64,000 nt of DNA from the NCBI GenBank assembly GCA_963674865.2, contig CAXXYE010000009.1, forward strand, positions 1,664,001 to 1,728,000, given 5' to 3'. The stretch is from Candidatus Hydrogenedentota bacterium. Its GTDB lineage: Bacteria; Hydrogenedentota; Hydrogenedentia; Hydrogenedentales; SLHB01. The first letter of the stretch is position 1. Each line of letters opens with the position of its first letter. The translations under genes were made by a program, and so were the position numbers. Below are positions 20,386 through 32,602 of this stretch, piece by piece. The notes beneath the pieces are model-generated. The model was not told the origin of the DNA. It was given only the letters and a program-made list of their open reading frames with translations, and did not search any database.

Positions 20386-21474
20386 ATGACGGATCCACGG
20401 TACGACACGTATATGGGGCGGGGGCCGAAGCGCATTATCCACTGGGAGCACTGGTCGTGTCCCGATGCGGAAACCTACCTTACGGGCATTGACTACTACG
20501 AACACCCAAAACAGTGCCGGGAGCGCATGCACGCGCTTTATCCGGAACTTGGACTGGGCATCCCCGAGACGGACGTCCCCAAGGCGCGGCCGCGTCTCGC
20601 CGAAGGCGGCCCGAGTTCGGATCCCGAGAAGCACACCGTACGCTGGGGCGACGGTGAGACGGCTACCTGGGAGCATGGCGAGGGATTCTTCTCCTCGCCC
20701 GAAGAGGTGTTTGCCTTCAGTCCGCTCGAAAAGGCCGATTTCTCGGATCTGCCCGTGGTGGAGTCCATTGATTTCTCGAGCGAGGAATCGCTCTACGCCT
20801 ACTACCGTAAGCGGTATCCCGAGGAGTGGGGGGATCAGGCTCCCGAAGGGGACTCCGTCTCGGCCTGCTTCTACAACACAATGTTCATGTGGCCGCTGCT
20901 CACGTTTGGCTGGGAACTGTTCATGGCGTGCTGCCTCGATCCGCGCTTCGAGCGGATTATGGATGAATTCGCCGAGATCAACCGCCGGGTTTTCCGAGTG
21001 TTCGCGCGTCTGCCGATCAACTTCGTTGTCTGCCACGATGATATTGTCACCTCGCGCGGCCCGGTTTGCTCGCCTGCGTGGATGCACCTATACATCTTCC
21101 CTCGGTACGAGGAGTATTGGGGACTGCTGCGTGAGGCAGGCAAGGAAGTCATCTTCATGACGGATGGCTGCGCGGACGCCTACGCGGCTGATGTGATGGC
21201 CTGCGGGGCGCGCGGGATCATCAGCGAGCCTTACACGGACTACAAGGCCCTCGCGCGGCGGTATGACAATCCCTTCATTGCGGGTGAGGGAGATAACCGC
21301 GTGCTGATGCGCAATGATCCCGACGAGATTCGGCGCATGGTGGAATCCATGGCCGAGACGGGACGGATGTCCGGCGGGTATATGATGTGTATTGGCAACC
21401 ACATCCCCTGGAATGTGCCGGGGGAGGCCATCAAGCGATACCTGGAGCTCTCGCGCGACTTGGCGCACCGTTGA
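20386..21474 (+). CDS. Uroporphyrinogen decarboxylase/MtaA-like family protein
   Basis: HDDI...GPVCSP...YIFP, FMTDG, GEGD, GGYMMCIGNHIPWNVP, typical of the URO-D-like barrel C-terminus. Confidence 0.8.
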   Translation: MTDPRYDTYMGRGPKRIIHWEHWSCPDAETYLTGIDYYEHPKQCRERMHALYPELGLGIPETDVPKARPRLAEGGPSSDPEKHTVRWGDGETATWEHGEGFFSSPEEVFAFSPLEKADFSDLPVVESIDFSSEESLYAYYRKRYPEEWGDQAPEGDSVSACFYNTMFMWPLLTFGWELFMACCLDPRFERIMDEFAEINRRVFRVFARLPINFVVCHDDIVTSRGPVCSPAWMHLYIFPRYEEYWGLLREAGKEVIFMTDGCADAYAADVMACGARGIISEPYTDYKALARRYDNPFIAGEGDNRVLMRNDPDEIRRMVESMAETGRMSGGYMMCIGNHIPWNVPGEAIKRYLELSRDLAHR

Positions 21475-21508
21475 ATGCGCGGCCGTGTCTAACCGGGAAG
21501 GATAAGAC

Positions 21509-23767
21509 ATGAATTCGTTGATGTGGCACCGCTCACCGGCTTCGGAGTACATCGAGGGCTATCCCGTGGGCAACGGCGTCCTGGCGGCCATGATGCTCGG
21601 CGCCATGCCTGAAGAGCGCATCGCGCTGAACCACGAGTGGCTCTGGCGGGCTAAGGGCCGAAACCGCGACTTTGAGCCGCGCCATCAACACTTGGCGGAG
21701 ATCCGCAGGCTGTTCTTCGAGGGGAAGACGTTCGAAGCGGGAACTCTGGCCAACGAGAAGCTCGGCGGACTCGGGGGCGTGCTGGCCAGAGACGGCTATC
21801 CGAACCGAGTGGACTCCTACCAGCCCGCAGGAGACATGTTTCTGGCGATGCCTGCCGAGGACGCCGTTGACTACCGGCGGGAACTCGATCTATCGAGGGC
21901 CATCGCGAGGGTGCAATACCGCTCCGACGGCATCGAGTTCCGGCGCGAATGCTTCGCCCACGCCACGAGGAAGATCATCTGCGCGCGTCTGTCGACCTCG
22001 GAGGCCGGACGCTTGGACCTAACGGCGCGGCTCTCGCGAGCCGAGGACGCTGAGTGCGCCTTGACGTCTGACGGCGGCGCGGACTGGATTCGGATGTGCG
22101 GGAGGTTCGTTGAAGGCTCGCGGTTCTGTGTGTCGGCGCGTGTGATGGCCCAAGGCGGCGAGAGCGAGGCCGATGCCGCGAGCGCTTGCGTGCAGGTTCG
22201 CGGAGCGGATGACGTCGTCATCGTGCTTACGATCACCGTCGGACACGACGGCGAGGACGTCGAAGCCGCCGCTGAGGAGGCCCTTGCCGATATCCCGGTT
22301 GATTGGGAGGTGCTATTAGCGGAGCATACCGAGCGCTTCCGGACGATTTACGAGCGTGTTTCGCTGGACTTGGGCGGTGAGAACTCAACCGAGCCAACCG
22401 ATGAACGCCTTGCGGCGATGCGGAAGCGCGGCGCCTCCGCCGAGGACGTGATCGCGCTGTACTTCAACTACGGCCGGTACCTGCTCATATGCAGCAGCCT
22501 CATGGGCGAACTTCCCGCGAACCTTCAAGGCAAGTGGAATGAGGACCTGGATCCGCCGTGGCAGTGCGACCTCCACCACGATGTGAACCTTCAGATGAAC
22601 TACTGGCCCGCCGAGGTCTGCAACATGTCCGAGTGCACGGAAGCCCTCTTCCGCCACATCGAGCGTTTCGTGCCTCACGCCCGCGAAATGGCGAAGGCTC
22701 TCTACGACTGCCGGGGTGTTTGGCTCCCCATACAAACCGATCCGTGGGGCCGGGCGACGCCGGAGTCGCGGGGATGGGACGTGTGGATCGGCGCGGCGGC
22801 GTGGCTCGCGCAGCATTTCTGGTGGCGCTACGAGTGGGGGAGCGACGAAGTATTTCTCCGCGAGCGCGCCTATCCGTTTATCAAGAAGGTCGCGGCGTTC
22901 TACGAGGATTACCTTGTGCGTGATGGCCAAGGGCGGCTCGTGCCCGTGCCGTCGCAGTCGCCGGAGAATACCTTTGAAGGCGGCACCAAGCCGGTATCGC
23001 TGTGCATCGGCGCTACCATGGACCTGGAGCTGATCCACGACACGCTCACCCACGCCATCGAAGCGGCCATTATCCTGAACGTGGACGCGGAACTGCGCGA
23101 AGGATGGGCATCGATCCTCGCCGATCTGGCGCCGCTGCAAGTCGGCCGCCATGGCCAATTGCAGGAGTGGCTCGAAGACTATGATGAATGCGAACCTAGC
23201 CACAGGCACATCTCGCACCTATTCGCCCTCTTTCCGGGGGATCGCCTGACATTCGAGCAGGAGCCGGAACTCACGCAAGCGGCGCGGATGTCGCTCTTCC
23301 GGCGGTTAGCGGCTGGGGGAGGGCACACGGGATGGAGCCGGGCCTGGACGGTGTGTTGTCTGGCGCGCCTCCGCGACGGCGAACACGCCCTCATCCACCT
23401 GCGCCACCTCATTCACGACTTCGCCACCATCAGTCTGCTGGACCTACACCCGCCGAGGATTTTCCAGATTGACGGCAATCTTGGCGGCACGGCAGGCATC
23501 GCGGAGATGCTGCTTCAGTCGCACAACGGCGTCGTCCACCTTCTTCCGGCCCTGCCGCGCACATGGCGTTCGGGACGCGTTCGAGGACTTGCGGCAAGGG
23601 GCGGATTCGAGGTGGACCTCACCTGGCAGGACGGCGCATTGGCGGAAGCAACTATCCGTGTGAAACGCGGGGGAGCGTGCAAGATCCGCTACGGCGATCG
23701 GGTGATCGAACTCGACACGGCGCCCGGCGGCCTCTATCGATTGGACGGGGCGCTCAACGCGCTTTGA
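21509..23767 (+). CDS. GH95 alpha-L-fucosidase-like glycoside hydrolase
   Basis: [60 protein letters not shown]. Confidence 0.93.
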   Translation: MNSLMWHRSPASEYIEGYPVGNGVLAAMMLGAMPEERIALNHEWLWRAKGRNRDFEPRHQHLAEIRRLFFEGKTFEAGTLANEKLGGLGGVLARDGYPNRVDSYQPAGDMFLAMPAEDAVDYRRELDLSRAIARVQYRSDGIEFRRECFAHATRKIICARLSTSEAGRLDLTARLSRAEDAECALTSDGGADWIRMCGRFVEGSRFCVSARVMAQGGESEADAASACVQVRGADDVVIVLTITVGHDGEDVEAAAEEALADIPVDWEVLLAEHTERFRTIYERVSLDLGGENSTEPTDERLAAMRKRGASAEDVIALYFNYGRYLLICSSLMGELPANLQGKWNEDLDPPWQCDLHHDVNLQMNYWPAEVCNMSECTEALFRHIERFVPHAREMAKALYDCRGVWLPIQTDPWGRATPESRGWDVWIGAAAWLAQHFWWRYEWGSDEVFLRERAYPFIKKVAAFYEDYLVRDGQGRLVPVPSQSPENTFEGGTKPVSLCIGATMDLELIHDTLTHAIEAAIILNVDAELREGWASILADLAPLQVGRHGQLQEWLEDYDECEPSHRHISHLFALFPGDRLTFEQEPELTQAARMSLFRRLAAGGGHTGWSRAWTVCCLARLRDGEHALIHLRHLIHDFATISLLDLHPPRIFQIDGNLGGTAGIAEMLLQSHNGVVHLLPALPRTWRSGRVRGLAARGGFEVDLTWQDGALAEATIRVKRGGACKIRYGDRVIELDTAPGGLYRLDGALNAL

Positions 23768-23798
23768 TGCCGGGCATTTCTTCACGGGCGCTCGTGTC

Positions 23799-25262
23799 TC
23801 AGGCGCTTGGGTGCGTTGTCGTGCCGTGGCTATAAGGAAGCCATTCCTCGGCCCACCGCTGCTCGATGCCTTCGCGCCATGTTACGGCGGCGTTTGTCAA
23901 TTCGGCGGCGACCTCAGGCTCTTCGTCCTTCAGGTTCCGCTTCTCGCCCATGTCTTCCTCCAGATTGGCGAGGTGGACGTCGTCTTCGGGGGGCGCGCCT
24001 TCCACCAGCCGGCCGTTGAGGACGAGTTTCCACTTACCCCCGCGGGCCGCTGTTTGATCGCCTATCTCCCAGAAGATGTGCTCGTGGGGACTCGGCGCGC
24101 CCTCCGCGGCCATGGGGAGCACATCGCGGCCGTCCAGTTCGTAGTCGGCGGGATCGCCGCCCGCGGCGTTGAGCAGCGTGGGGAAGATATCCATGCTCGC
24201 CCCGGCGCCATCGAGCACCTGGCCCGCGGGGATGTGCCCCGGCCAGGACATGAGCGCGGGGACGCGGACGCCACCCTCGTACAGACTGAACTTGTGGCCC
24301 TTCAATCTGCCTGTTGTGCCGCCGTAGTAGGGATCCTTCGTGCCGTCGAGCCAGTTCCGCGTCTCACGGGATGGGCCGTTATCGCTTTGGAAGAAGACAA
24401 GGGTGTCCTCCGTAATGCCTTGACGGGCCAGCTCGCCGGTGATGGCTCCGACGCCGTCATCGACGGCGCTGAGCATGGCCGCCATGATCCGGCGATCCCA
24501 GGGCAGTTCGGGGAAGCGGTTGAGGTACTTCTCGGGCGCGTGCATCGGATAATGGGGGGCGTTGTAAGGCACGTACAGGAAGAAGGGCCTGTCGCTCTCG
24601 GCGGCCCGGCGGATGAAGTCCACCGCGCGTTGGGTGATGCTTTCGGTGAGATACTGCCCGTTTTCGTAGACCTCGCGGCTGCCTTCCCAGAGATCATGCG
24701 TGGGATCCGTTCGCCCGTCGGCCATTCCCCAATAGAAGATGTGGGAGTAGTAATCAACGCATCCGGCCATGAAGCCGAACCACTCGTCGAATCCATGCCG
24801 GTGCGGGCGGCACTCCTCGGCCAGGCCGAGATGCCACTTGCCGAACATGGCCGTTTGGTAACCGAGCTTCTTCAGCGCCGTGGCGATAGTCGGGACACTG
24901 GGCGGTAGGCCTGAGGCCGTGCGATGTCCGGCGAGGATCGAGCGAACGCCGGCGTTGCCTGGATAGCGTCCGGTGAGGAGGGACGCGCGGGTGGGGGAGC
25001 AGATGGGGGCGTTCGCATACCAATCGGTGAAGCGGACGCCGCTTGCGGCCAAGGCGTCGAGATGCGGCGTGCGGAAGTCCGTCGCGCCCATGCAAGAGAG
25101 GTCGCCATAGCCTTGATCATCCGTCAAGAAAACGATGAAGTTCGGCTGCTTCATGTGTTTGTCCTTCTCGTGTTGGCCGACGAATTCCACAGCGGGGAAC
25201 TGTGCGGAAACAGCCGCTGCTCCGGCGCGCTTCAGGAATCCTCTTCGCGTCTGTAGCGACAT
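23799..25262 (-). CDS. Formylglycine-dependent sulfatase with Tat-like signal
   Basis: TRRGFLK, PNFIVFLTDDQG, CSPTRASLLTGR, GKWHLG, APHYP, SDNG, YEGGVRVP. Confidence 0.94.
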   Translation of the reverse strand: MSLQTRRGFLKRAGAAAVSAQFPAVEFVGQHEKDKHMKQPNFIVFLTDDQGYGDLSCMGATDFRTPHLDALAASGVRFTDWYANAPICSPTRASLLTGRYPGNAGVRSILAGHRTASGLPPSVPTIATALKKLGYQTAMFGKWHLGLAEECRPHRHGFDEWFGFMAGCVDYYSHIFYWGMADGRTDPTHDLWEGSREVYENGQYLTESITQRAVDFIRRAAESDRPFFLYVPYNAPHYPMHAPEKYLNRFPELPWDRRIMAAMLSAVDDGVGAITGELARQGITEDTLVFFQSDNGPSRETRNWLDGTKDPYYGGTTGRLKGHKFSLYEGGVRVPALMSWPGHIPAGQVLDGAGASMDIFPTLLNAAGGDPADYELDGRDVLPMAAEGAPSPHEHIFWEIGDQTAARGGKWKLVLNGRLVEGAPPEDDVHLANLEEDMGEKRNLKDEEPEVAAELTNAAVTWREGIEQRWAEEWLPYSHGTTTHPSA

Positions 25263-25451
25263 AGCCGATGTTCGCTCCTGATTCTTGCTTGGCGATGGTA
25301 CTTGCCAATGTCGCCGTTATCAATGCACGAAGCGCGTTCCGGCTACCGGGTGCTTGACTTCAGTGCCGCGCTTCGGGTCTTCTGAGGACGAGTCGTTCCC
25401 GATGTGCTCTGTGTGTGGCCCCAACACGAGATTGAGAATCCCTGGCATCTG

Positions 25452-28400
25452 ATGGACAAGACACCGCCGAAGACTCAAGAACCTGATGTGCCCGCAGCCG
25501 TGATCGGAAAATTGGGCGAATCCTATTTCCCCATAGGCCTTCCCATCTCGCGGGGGGCGTGGAAGCGCTACCGCCTCGGGGAGATCTTCCTGCAGCCGGG
25601 CGAGGGGGGCGTCCGCTCCCACGTTGATGCGTGTCGCCGCGTGGCGGATGCCATGAATCGCCGGCGGAAGGCGGCCAGTAGGCGGGGCCGGGCGGTGCAT
25701 GCCGGGGACCTCTTGGCCGCGGATTTCGTCGAGGAAGCCCTTCGCTACCTCGCGGAAACCTATGTGCGCGCTCACCCGGATGTCCTGGAACGTGGCCTGG
25801 ACTGGGCCGGAAAGCAAGGGGGACAGGCGGCGGTGAACCGGGCTATCCATGCCTTCGTGGATTGCTTCCCTCCCCTCAAGGCTTGCGCACAGCCGAAGTC
25901 GCAGGACCTCTATCTCGATGGCGCCACGGAGGGCCAAGCCAATCGGCATATTGCCGTCAAGGAACTGTTCTTGCTCGATCTGGCAGCGAAAAACCGGGCT
26001 TTTCGTCCTTTTCGCGGCCTATTTGATGAAAAGGAGTTGAGCCGTCAGACGCATTACAAACGCGTCGTCCAGTATCTTGACGCGTTTCTCGGTTCCCAGC
26101 CGCCGCTTCCCCCATTGGGACTGCCCTTGTCTGAGGCGCTTCGGGCGCCGATGAAAGCTTCGCCGGACTCCTTGGCCGGCCAGCTGGATTACATCAGGCG
26201 GCATTGGGCCGGGGTGCTGCCCGAGGACCTCCTCCGCGAGTTGCAGCTTGCAGAGGACGTTATCCACGAGGAGCATGCCGTGCGCCTGCCGGGGCCGGGC
26301 CCTACGCAGGTTCTGGAGTTCGGGGTGGCGAAGGGCAGGCAAGCCGGCCATCCGGAGCCGGAGCAGTTCAGCGTGGATCTCGATTGGATGTCCAACGTCG
26401 TGTTGATGGCCAAGTCCGTCTACGTCTGGCTTGATCAATTGTCGAAGCGATACGAGCGGCGCATTGCCCGGCTCGACGAGGTCCCGGATGAAGAGCTGGA
26501 GCGCCTCGCGCGCTGGGGATTCACGGGCCTATGGCTTATCGGCGTCTGGGAGCGTTCGCCCGCGTCCAGGCAGATCAAGCAGCACATGGGCAACGCCGAG
26601 GCCGCCGCGTCGGCGTACTCGCTCTACGATTACGTCATCGCCGAGGATCTGGGGGGCGAGGCCGCGCTTGCCGACTTGCGGGCCCGGGCACGTCGATACG
26701 GCATCCTCTTGGCGAGCGATATGGTGCCGAACCACATGGGAATCTACTCGAAATGGGTGATCGAGCATCCGGACTGGTTCATACAATCAGGAGTGCCGCC
26801 GTTTCCGGTGTATCGGTTCACGGGGGCGGATCTATCGCCCGATGCACGAGTGAGTATCCGGATTGAGGGACGGCTATTGGGAACACCGAGACGCGGCCGT
26901 CGTTTTTCAGCGAGTCGATCGTGAAAACGGCGAAGTTAGGTACATCTTCCATGGCAATGACGGCACCAACATGCCATGGAATGACACCGCGCAACTCAAT
27001 TTCCTGAAGCCGGAAGTGCGGGAGGCAGTGATTCAGACTATCCTGCACGTGGCGCGGCAGTTTCCCATTATCCGGTTCGACGCGGCGATGACGCTTGCGA
27101 AGCGCCACTATCAGCGGCTCTGGTTTCCCAAGCCGGGCGAGGGCGGGGCGATTCCTTCCCGAGCGGAACACGTGATGACGGAAGAGGCCTTCGACGCGGC
27201 GATGCCCGCGGAGTTCTGGCGCGACGTGGTGGATCGGGTGGCCGCGGAGGCGCCCGATACACTCTTGCTGGCCGAGGCGTTCTGGCTGATGGAGGGATAT
27301 TTCGTCCGCACTCTCGGCATGCACCGCGTGTATAACAGCGCGTTCATGAACATGCTCAAGATGGAGGAGAACGCCAAGTACCGCCAGACGATCAAGAATG
27401 TGCTCGAGTTCAGCCCCGAGGTCCTGAAGCGCTTTGTCAATTTTATGAACAATCCGGACGAGGCCACGGCAGTCGAGCAGTTCGGCAGAGAAGACAAGTA
27501 CTTCGAAGTGGCCGTGCTGCTTGCCACGATGCCCGGACTGCCTATGTTCGGCCATGGCCAGATCGAGGGATTGGCCGAGAAATACGGCATGGAGTACACG
27601 CGCGCCTACTGGGACGAGGCCGTCGACGAAGGTATGGTGACTCGGCACGAGCGGGAGATCTTTCCGCTCATACAGCGACGCCGGCTCTTCAGTGGGGCGG
27701 AGCACTTCGCGCTCTACGATTTCGAGACGTCCGAAGGCCATGTGGACGAGAACGTCTTCGCCTACTCGAATCGGTGCGAGGGCGAACGCGCCCTGATTCT
27801 CTGCAATAACTCGTTGAACACGACGAGCGGCGTGGTAAGGCGTTCCGTGCCCGTCAACGTGGGCAGCGCCGAAAAGAAAGACCTCGTCCAGCGGACGCTG
27901 GTGGAGGCGCTCGACCTGAACACGGGGGCCGATGTCTACCACGTCTTTCGCGATCACCGCAATGGGCTCGAGTATCTCCGGCGGGGCGCTTCACTTGCGG
28001 AGGAGGGGCTCTTTGTGAGGTTGGAAGGATACGCCTACCACGCGTTCTTGGACTTCCGCGAGGTGCGGGACGAGGACGGGACTTGGGCGCGGTTGGCGGA
28101 TACGCTCGACGGCGGGGGCGTCCCGGATATGGAGGAAGCCCGCCGGGAGCGAGTAGTGCTGGCCCCCGTGCTCGAACCGTTCAAGGCAGTCATGAACGCG
28201 GGCCTGCTCACGGACTTGGCGTCCGGAGCAAAGGCCGCTCACGCCGCCTTTGAGGACGGGTTGCGGCGATTCTTGACGGCAGCGGCCGAGTTCAGCGGCG
28301 CGCGGGCCGATATCGAATCCCTCGTCAGCGAGGCCACAGGCCTGTTTGAGGCCATCTTGGAGCTTCCCGGATGGGCTGAGCGCGCACAGGTGCCCAAGCG

Positions 28401-28968
28401 AATCAAGGAGTACGTGCAGTCGGCCCTTCCCGCGGACGCGGCCGAACGGCCCGCCCTCTTTGCTGTGCCGCTGGCGTGGAGTATTGTGCGCGGGGCGGCG
28501 CGCCTCACCGAGGAAGGGGATAGCCGGGCGCAGGCCGCGTGCATCGCCGATTGGATGCTGGACAAGGCAACGGCGCGGGCATTCGCGGAGCTGGGCGCGG
28601 AGAGGCCATCAGCGTATCTGGATGCGCAATTGGTGACGCTCATGGCCGCGTACGAATCCCTGCTCGCTACCAGTGCGGGAGAGGAGCGTGCGGCGGCGCT
28701 AAAGGCGCTGTTCGAGGAGCCGGCGGGGCGGGCGTTCCTCGGCGTCAACCTTCACGAAGACGTGCTGTGGTTCAGGAAGGAGCAGATGGAACGACTAGTC
28801 TATTCGCTCTTCATCGCGGAGTTGGCCTCGCTCCTCGCCGACGAATCCATGGGCCGCACGGCACGGAACGAAGCCATCAGGACGCGCTTCGAGGCGGCCA
28901 ACGACATCCTCTCCGCCGCCGAAGCCGCGGGCTACCGCGTCGAGCGCACGCTCGACTTCATGGGGTGA
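25452..28968 (+). pseudogene. Large GH13 alpha-amylase-family protein split by a +1 frameshift at ~26867-26869 (pseudogene or sequencing error)
   Basis: Frame 1 carries LWLIGVW...SAYSLYDY...DMVPNH; frame 2 carries WNDTAQL, IRFDAAM, LAEAFW, FMNNPDE. Removing one G from GAGGGAC fuses them as IRIEDGYWEHRDAAV. Confidence 0.85.
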
Positions 28969-29144
28969 ACTCCCGCGACGGCTGTGTTCTTCGGCACCTC
29001 TGGCCGCCAACCAATATGCACGATGCTACAGGCCAGTAGTGCCCCTCGTGGACAGGTTCGGCCGACTTCCGCCCGACGGCGTGTATAATGGAGCCAACGC
29101 GTTGGGGAATGGCCGTCCGTCGGCGGCAATCGGGAGGAACAGCA

Positions 29145-29729
29145 ATGCTCGATCAACGGTTTCAACTCACCGAGTACATGATCCGCAAGAAGATCTTCAA
29201 GATATTCGGTGAAGCCTTCCACATCTATGACACGGCCGGGAACATCGTGTTCTACTCCCGGCTGAAGGCCTTCAAGCTGAAGGAGGATATCCGCGTCTAT
29301 ACCGGCGAGGATATGGCGTGCGAGGCGTTGTCGATCCAGGCGCGGCAAGTCATCGATTTCAGCGCCGCGTACGACGTGGTCGATCCAAGCTCCGGCGAGA
29401 AGGTAGGCGCACTCAAGCGTCGCGGATTCAAATCGCTTATCCGAGACGAATGGGTGATCATGGACGCTTCCGATCGCGAGATCGGACTTGTCCAAGAGGA
29501 CAGCACGGCGCTGGCGCTGGTTCGCCGGTTCTTGAGCAATCTCATTCCGCAGTCCTTCACGGGGACGGTGGGAGGCGCGCAAGTGTTTGCCTTCAGGCGG
29601 CATTTCAATCCCTTCGTCTTGCGCATGGATATGGATTTCTCCCCTGACACCGAGGGATTGCTTGATCGCCGCCTCGGAATCGCCGCCGGTGTGCTGTTGA
29701 GCGCCATCGAGGGCCGTCAGGGGGACTGA
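29145..29729 (+). CDS. LURP-one/scramblase-like (Tubby C-terminal fold) protein
   Basis: GGAGG RBS; repeated 'F.I.D..G..V/I' strands (FHIYDTAG, YDVVDPSSGEKVG, WVIMDASDREIG); C-terminal DRRLGIA helix. Confidence 0.75.
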   Translation: MLDQRFQLTEYMIRKKIFKIFGEAFHIYDTAGNIVFYSRLKAFKLKEDIRVYTGEDMACEALSIQARQVIDFSAAYDVVDPSSGEKVGALKRRGFKSLIRDEWVIMDASDREIGLVQEDSTALALVRRFLSNLIPQSFTGTVGGAQVFAFRRHFNPFVLRMDMDFSPDTEGLLDRRLGIAAGVLLSAIEGRQGD

Positions 29730-30020
29730 CAGGCGCGGATAGGGCATGCTGGCGCAAGCAAAGGGACAGACACGTCTCGCTCGGAGACTCGCTCGCTTGC
29801 ATCAGTCCCTTTCTTGCGGCGCCTGCCGCAGAGTGCGTATGGCCGTGTGCTGGGCCTGTCCCTGTTTTTGGCCCTGCCTTTCCATGCCAGAGCAAGAAGC
29901 CATCAGCGTGAGTCATGCCACCAGCGGCCGGGCGTTTGTCCGTCCGCGCGAATCTTGGTAAAATCCCCGCACACCGCATCGGCCTTGTTGAATTCTCCAT
30001 TAACACACACGAGGTAAACC

Positions 30021-32294
30021 ATGGCTTTCGATATTGAGATGATTCGGAGCGTCTACGCGGGCATGGCGGCCCGGATAGGGGCGGCGCGGCAGCTCCTGGG
30101 CCGGCCGATGACTCTGGCCGAGAAGATCCTCTACGCCCATCTGGCCGAGTCGCTGCCCGAGGCGCCGTACGCGCCTGGCGAGTCTTACGTCAACTTCGCG
30201 CCCGATCGCGTGGCCATGCAGGACGCCACGGCGCAGATGGCGCTGCTTCAGTTCATGCAAGCCGGGAAGCCGCGGACGGCGGTGCCGTCAACGGTGCACT
30301 GCGATCACCTCATCATCGCGCGATCCGGGGCCGAGGCCGACCTCCCCGCCGCGCTGGATCTCAACCGCGAGGTTTACGAGTTCTTGGCGTCGGTGTCGAA
30401 CAAGTACGGCATCGGCTTCTGGAAGCCGGGGGCGGGCATCATCCACCAGGTTGTGCTCGAGAATTACGCGTTTCCGGGCGGGATGATGATCGGCACCGAT
30501 TCGCATACGCCGAACGCCGGCGGACTAGGCATGGTGGCCATCGGTGTGGGCGGCGCGGATGCCGTGGACGTGATGGCCGGGATGCCGTGGGAGTTGAAGT
30601 TCCCGAAGCTCATCGGCATCAAGCTGACGGGGCAGATGGGCGGGTGGACTTCGGCCAAGGATGTGATCCTCAAGGTGGCGGGCATCTTGACGGTGAAAGG
30701 CGGCACCGGCGCGATCGTCGAGTACTTCGGCGAAGGCGCTGACGCCCTCTCCTGTACGGGGAAGGGCACGATCTGCAATATGGGCGCCGAGATCGGCGCG
30801 ACGACCTCCCTTTTCGCCTACGGCGCGAAGATGGAAGAGTACCTGCGGAACACGGGGCGCGCAGACGTCGCCGACGCGGCCGGTGAGGTGGCGGAGTATC
30901 TTCGTGCGGATGACGAGGTCTATGCCGCTCCCGAGCAGTACTATGATCGCGTCATCGAAATCGACTTGGCCGCGCTTGAGCCGCACGTGAACGGGCCGTT
31001 CACCCCGGACGCGGCATGGCCCATCTCGGAGTTCGCGAAAGTTGTCGAGGAGCGGGGCTATCCGCGGAATCTCACGGCCGCCCTTATCGGATCGTGCACG
31101 AACTCGTCATACGAGGACCTCGACCGCGCCGCCGGCATCGCCCGGCAGGCCAAGGAGAAGAAGGTGAAAGCGCGGGCGTTCTTCACCGTAACGCCCGGCT
31201 CGGAGCAGGTGCGCTACACGGTCGAGCGGGACGGCCAGTTGCAGGCGTTCCAAGACGTGGGCGGGGTGGTCCTGGCCAACGCCTGCGGCCCCTGCATCGG
31301 CCAGTGGGATCGCCAGGACGTGGGCAAGGACGAGGCAAACTCGATTATCCACTCCTTCAACCGGAACTTCGCCAAACGCGCGGACGGCAATCCCAATACA
31401 CACGCCTTTGTGGCCTCGCCGGAACTGGTGACGGCCATGGCCTTCGCGGGCGACTTGGCGTTCAATCCTCTCAAGGACACGTTGACGAACGAGGACGGCG
31501 AGGAGGTCCGGCTCGATCCGCCGCGCGGTGTGGAACTGCCGCCGAAGGGATTCGACGTGGAAGATCCCGGCTATGTGGCGCCCGCTTCGGACGGCAGCGG
31601 GGTGGATGTGGCCGTCGCGCCGGACTCGAAGCGCCTCGAACTCCTGACGCCCTTTGAGTCCTGGGACGGCCGGGATTTCGAGGGCCTCAGACTGCTCTTG
31701 AAGGCCAAAGGCAAGTGTACGACGGACCACATCTCGATGGCCGGGCCGTGGCTGCGCTTCCGCGGCCACCTGGACAATATCTCGGATAACTGCTTCATCG
31801 GGGCCGTCAATGCCTTCAACGGCGAGACGAACAAGGTGAAGAGTCAGCTCACGGGCGATCACGGCGAAGTGCCCGAGGTTCAACGGGAGTACAAGGCGCG
31901 CGGCATTGGAACAGTAGTCGTGGGCGATGAGAACTACGGCGAAGGATCCTCGCGGGAGCACGCGGCCATGGAGCCGCGGCACCTGGGCGTCCGGGCCATT
32001 CTCGTGAAATCGTTTGCGCGCATTCACGAAACCAATCTCAAGAAACAGGGCATGCTGGCACTGACCTTTGCCGATCCGGCGGACTATGGCAAGGTCCTCG
32101 AAGACGACGTCATCGACATTGTGGGCCTCACCGAGCTCGCGCCGGAAAGGTCGCTGAAAGTGCTGTTGCACCATGCTGACGGCGGCACGGACGAGGTAGA
32201 GGTGCGGCATTCCTACAATGCGACGCAGATTGCCTGGTTCAAGGCGGGCAGCGCGCTCAACCTGCTCCGGGCCCAGGCGGCTGGGGGGGCATAG
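30021..32294 (+). CDS. acnA: Aconitate hydratase (mitochondrial-type)
   Basis: [55 protein letters not shown]. Confidence 0.96.
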   Translation: MAFDIEMIRSVYAGMAARIGAARQLLGRPMTLAEKILYAHLAESLPEAPYAPGESYVNFAPDRVAMQDATAQMALLQFMQAGKPRTAVPSTVHCDHLIIARSGAEADLPAALDLNREVYEFLASVSNKYGIGFWKPGAGIIHQVVLENYAFPGGMMIGTDSHTPNAGGLGMVAIGVGGADAVDVMAGMPWELKFPKLIGIKLTGQMGGWTSAKDVILKVAGILTVKGGTGAIVEYFGEGADALSCTGKGTICNMGAEIGATTSLFAYGAKMEEYLRNTGRADVADAAGEVAEYLRADDEVYAAPEQYYDRVIEIDLAALEPHVNGPFTPDAAWPISEFAKVVEERGYPRNLTAALIGSCTNSSYEDLDRAAGIARQAKEKKVKARAFFTVTPGSEQVRYTVERDGQLQAFQDVGGVVLANACGPCIGQWDRQDVGKDEANSIIHSFNRNFAKRADGNPNTHAFVASPELVTAMAFAGDLAFNPLKDTLTNEDGEEVRLDPPRGVELPPKGFDVEDPGYVAPASDGSGVDVAVAPDSKRLELLTPFESWDGRDFEGLRLLLKAKGKCTTDHISMAGPWLRFRGHLDNISDNCFIGAVNAFNGETNKVKSQLTGDHGEVPEVQREYKARGIGTVVVGDENYGEGSSREHAAMEPRHLGVRAILVKSFARIHETNLKKQGMLALTFADPADYGKVLEDDVIDIVGLTELAPERSLKVLLHHADGGTDEVEVRHSYNATQIAWFKAGSALNLLRAQAAGGA

Positions 32295-32402
32295 CCGCGT
32301 CTAGCCGGCTGAACCGGGCGGTGTCGGCGGGCGAAACGGCTTGCCGAGAGTCACGCGTGGGGTGCCGTCGAGCTATCCGGTGACTGCGGGATTACGGAAG
32401 TA

Positions 32403-32431
32403 TTGCAATAGCGGCACAAAAGTGCTATATT
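32403..32431 (+). promoter_or_regulatory. Sigma70-type promoter for the RRM gene
   Basis: TTGCAA-17 nt-TATATT with extended TG. Confidence 0.65.
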
Positions 32432-32602
32432 CACGGTTGTTGCAACGGTGATGTTGTGGATGGAGTTTGTGAGCTTCGGTAAGCGATTTGTGCCAAAACC
32501 TGCCGCGTGACTTCCTATCGATTTCATGCTCGCCTTGGATTGGACACCAAACGCATCGTGGGCTGCTCCACGCAACGGGAATCTTCGAAAGGGTGAAGAG
32601 AA

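Noticed and set aside
32412..32426. Sigma54 promoter-like CGGCAC..TGC
   Set aside because: GG-to-GC spacing is 9 rather than 10, and a sigma70 promoter fits better.
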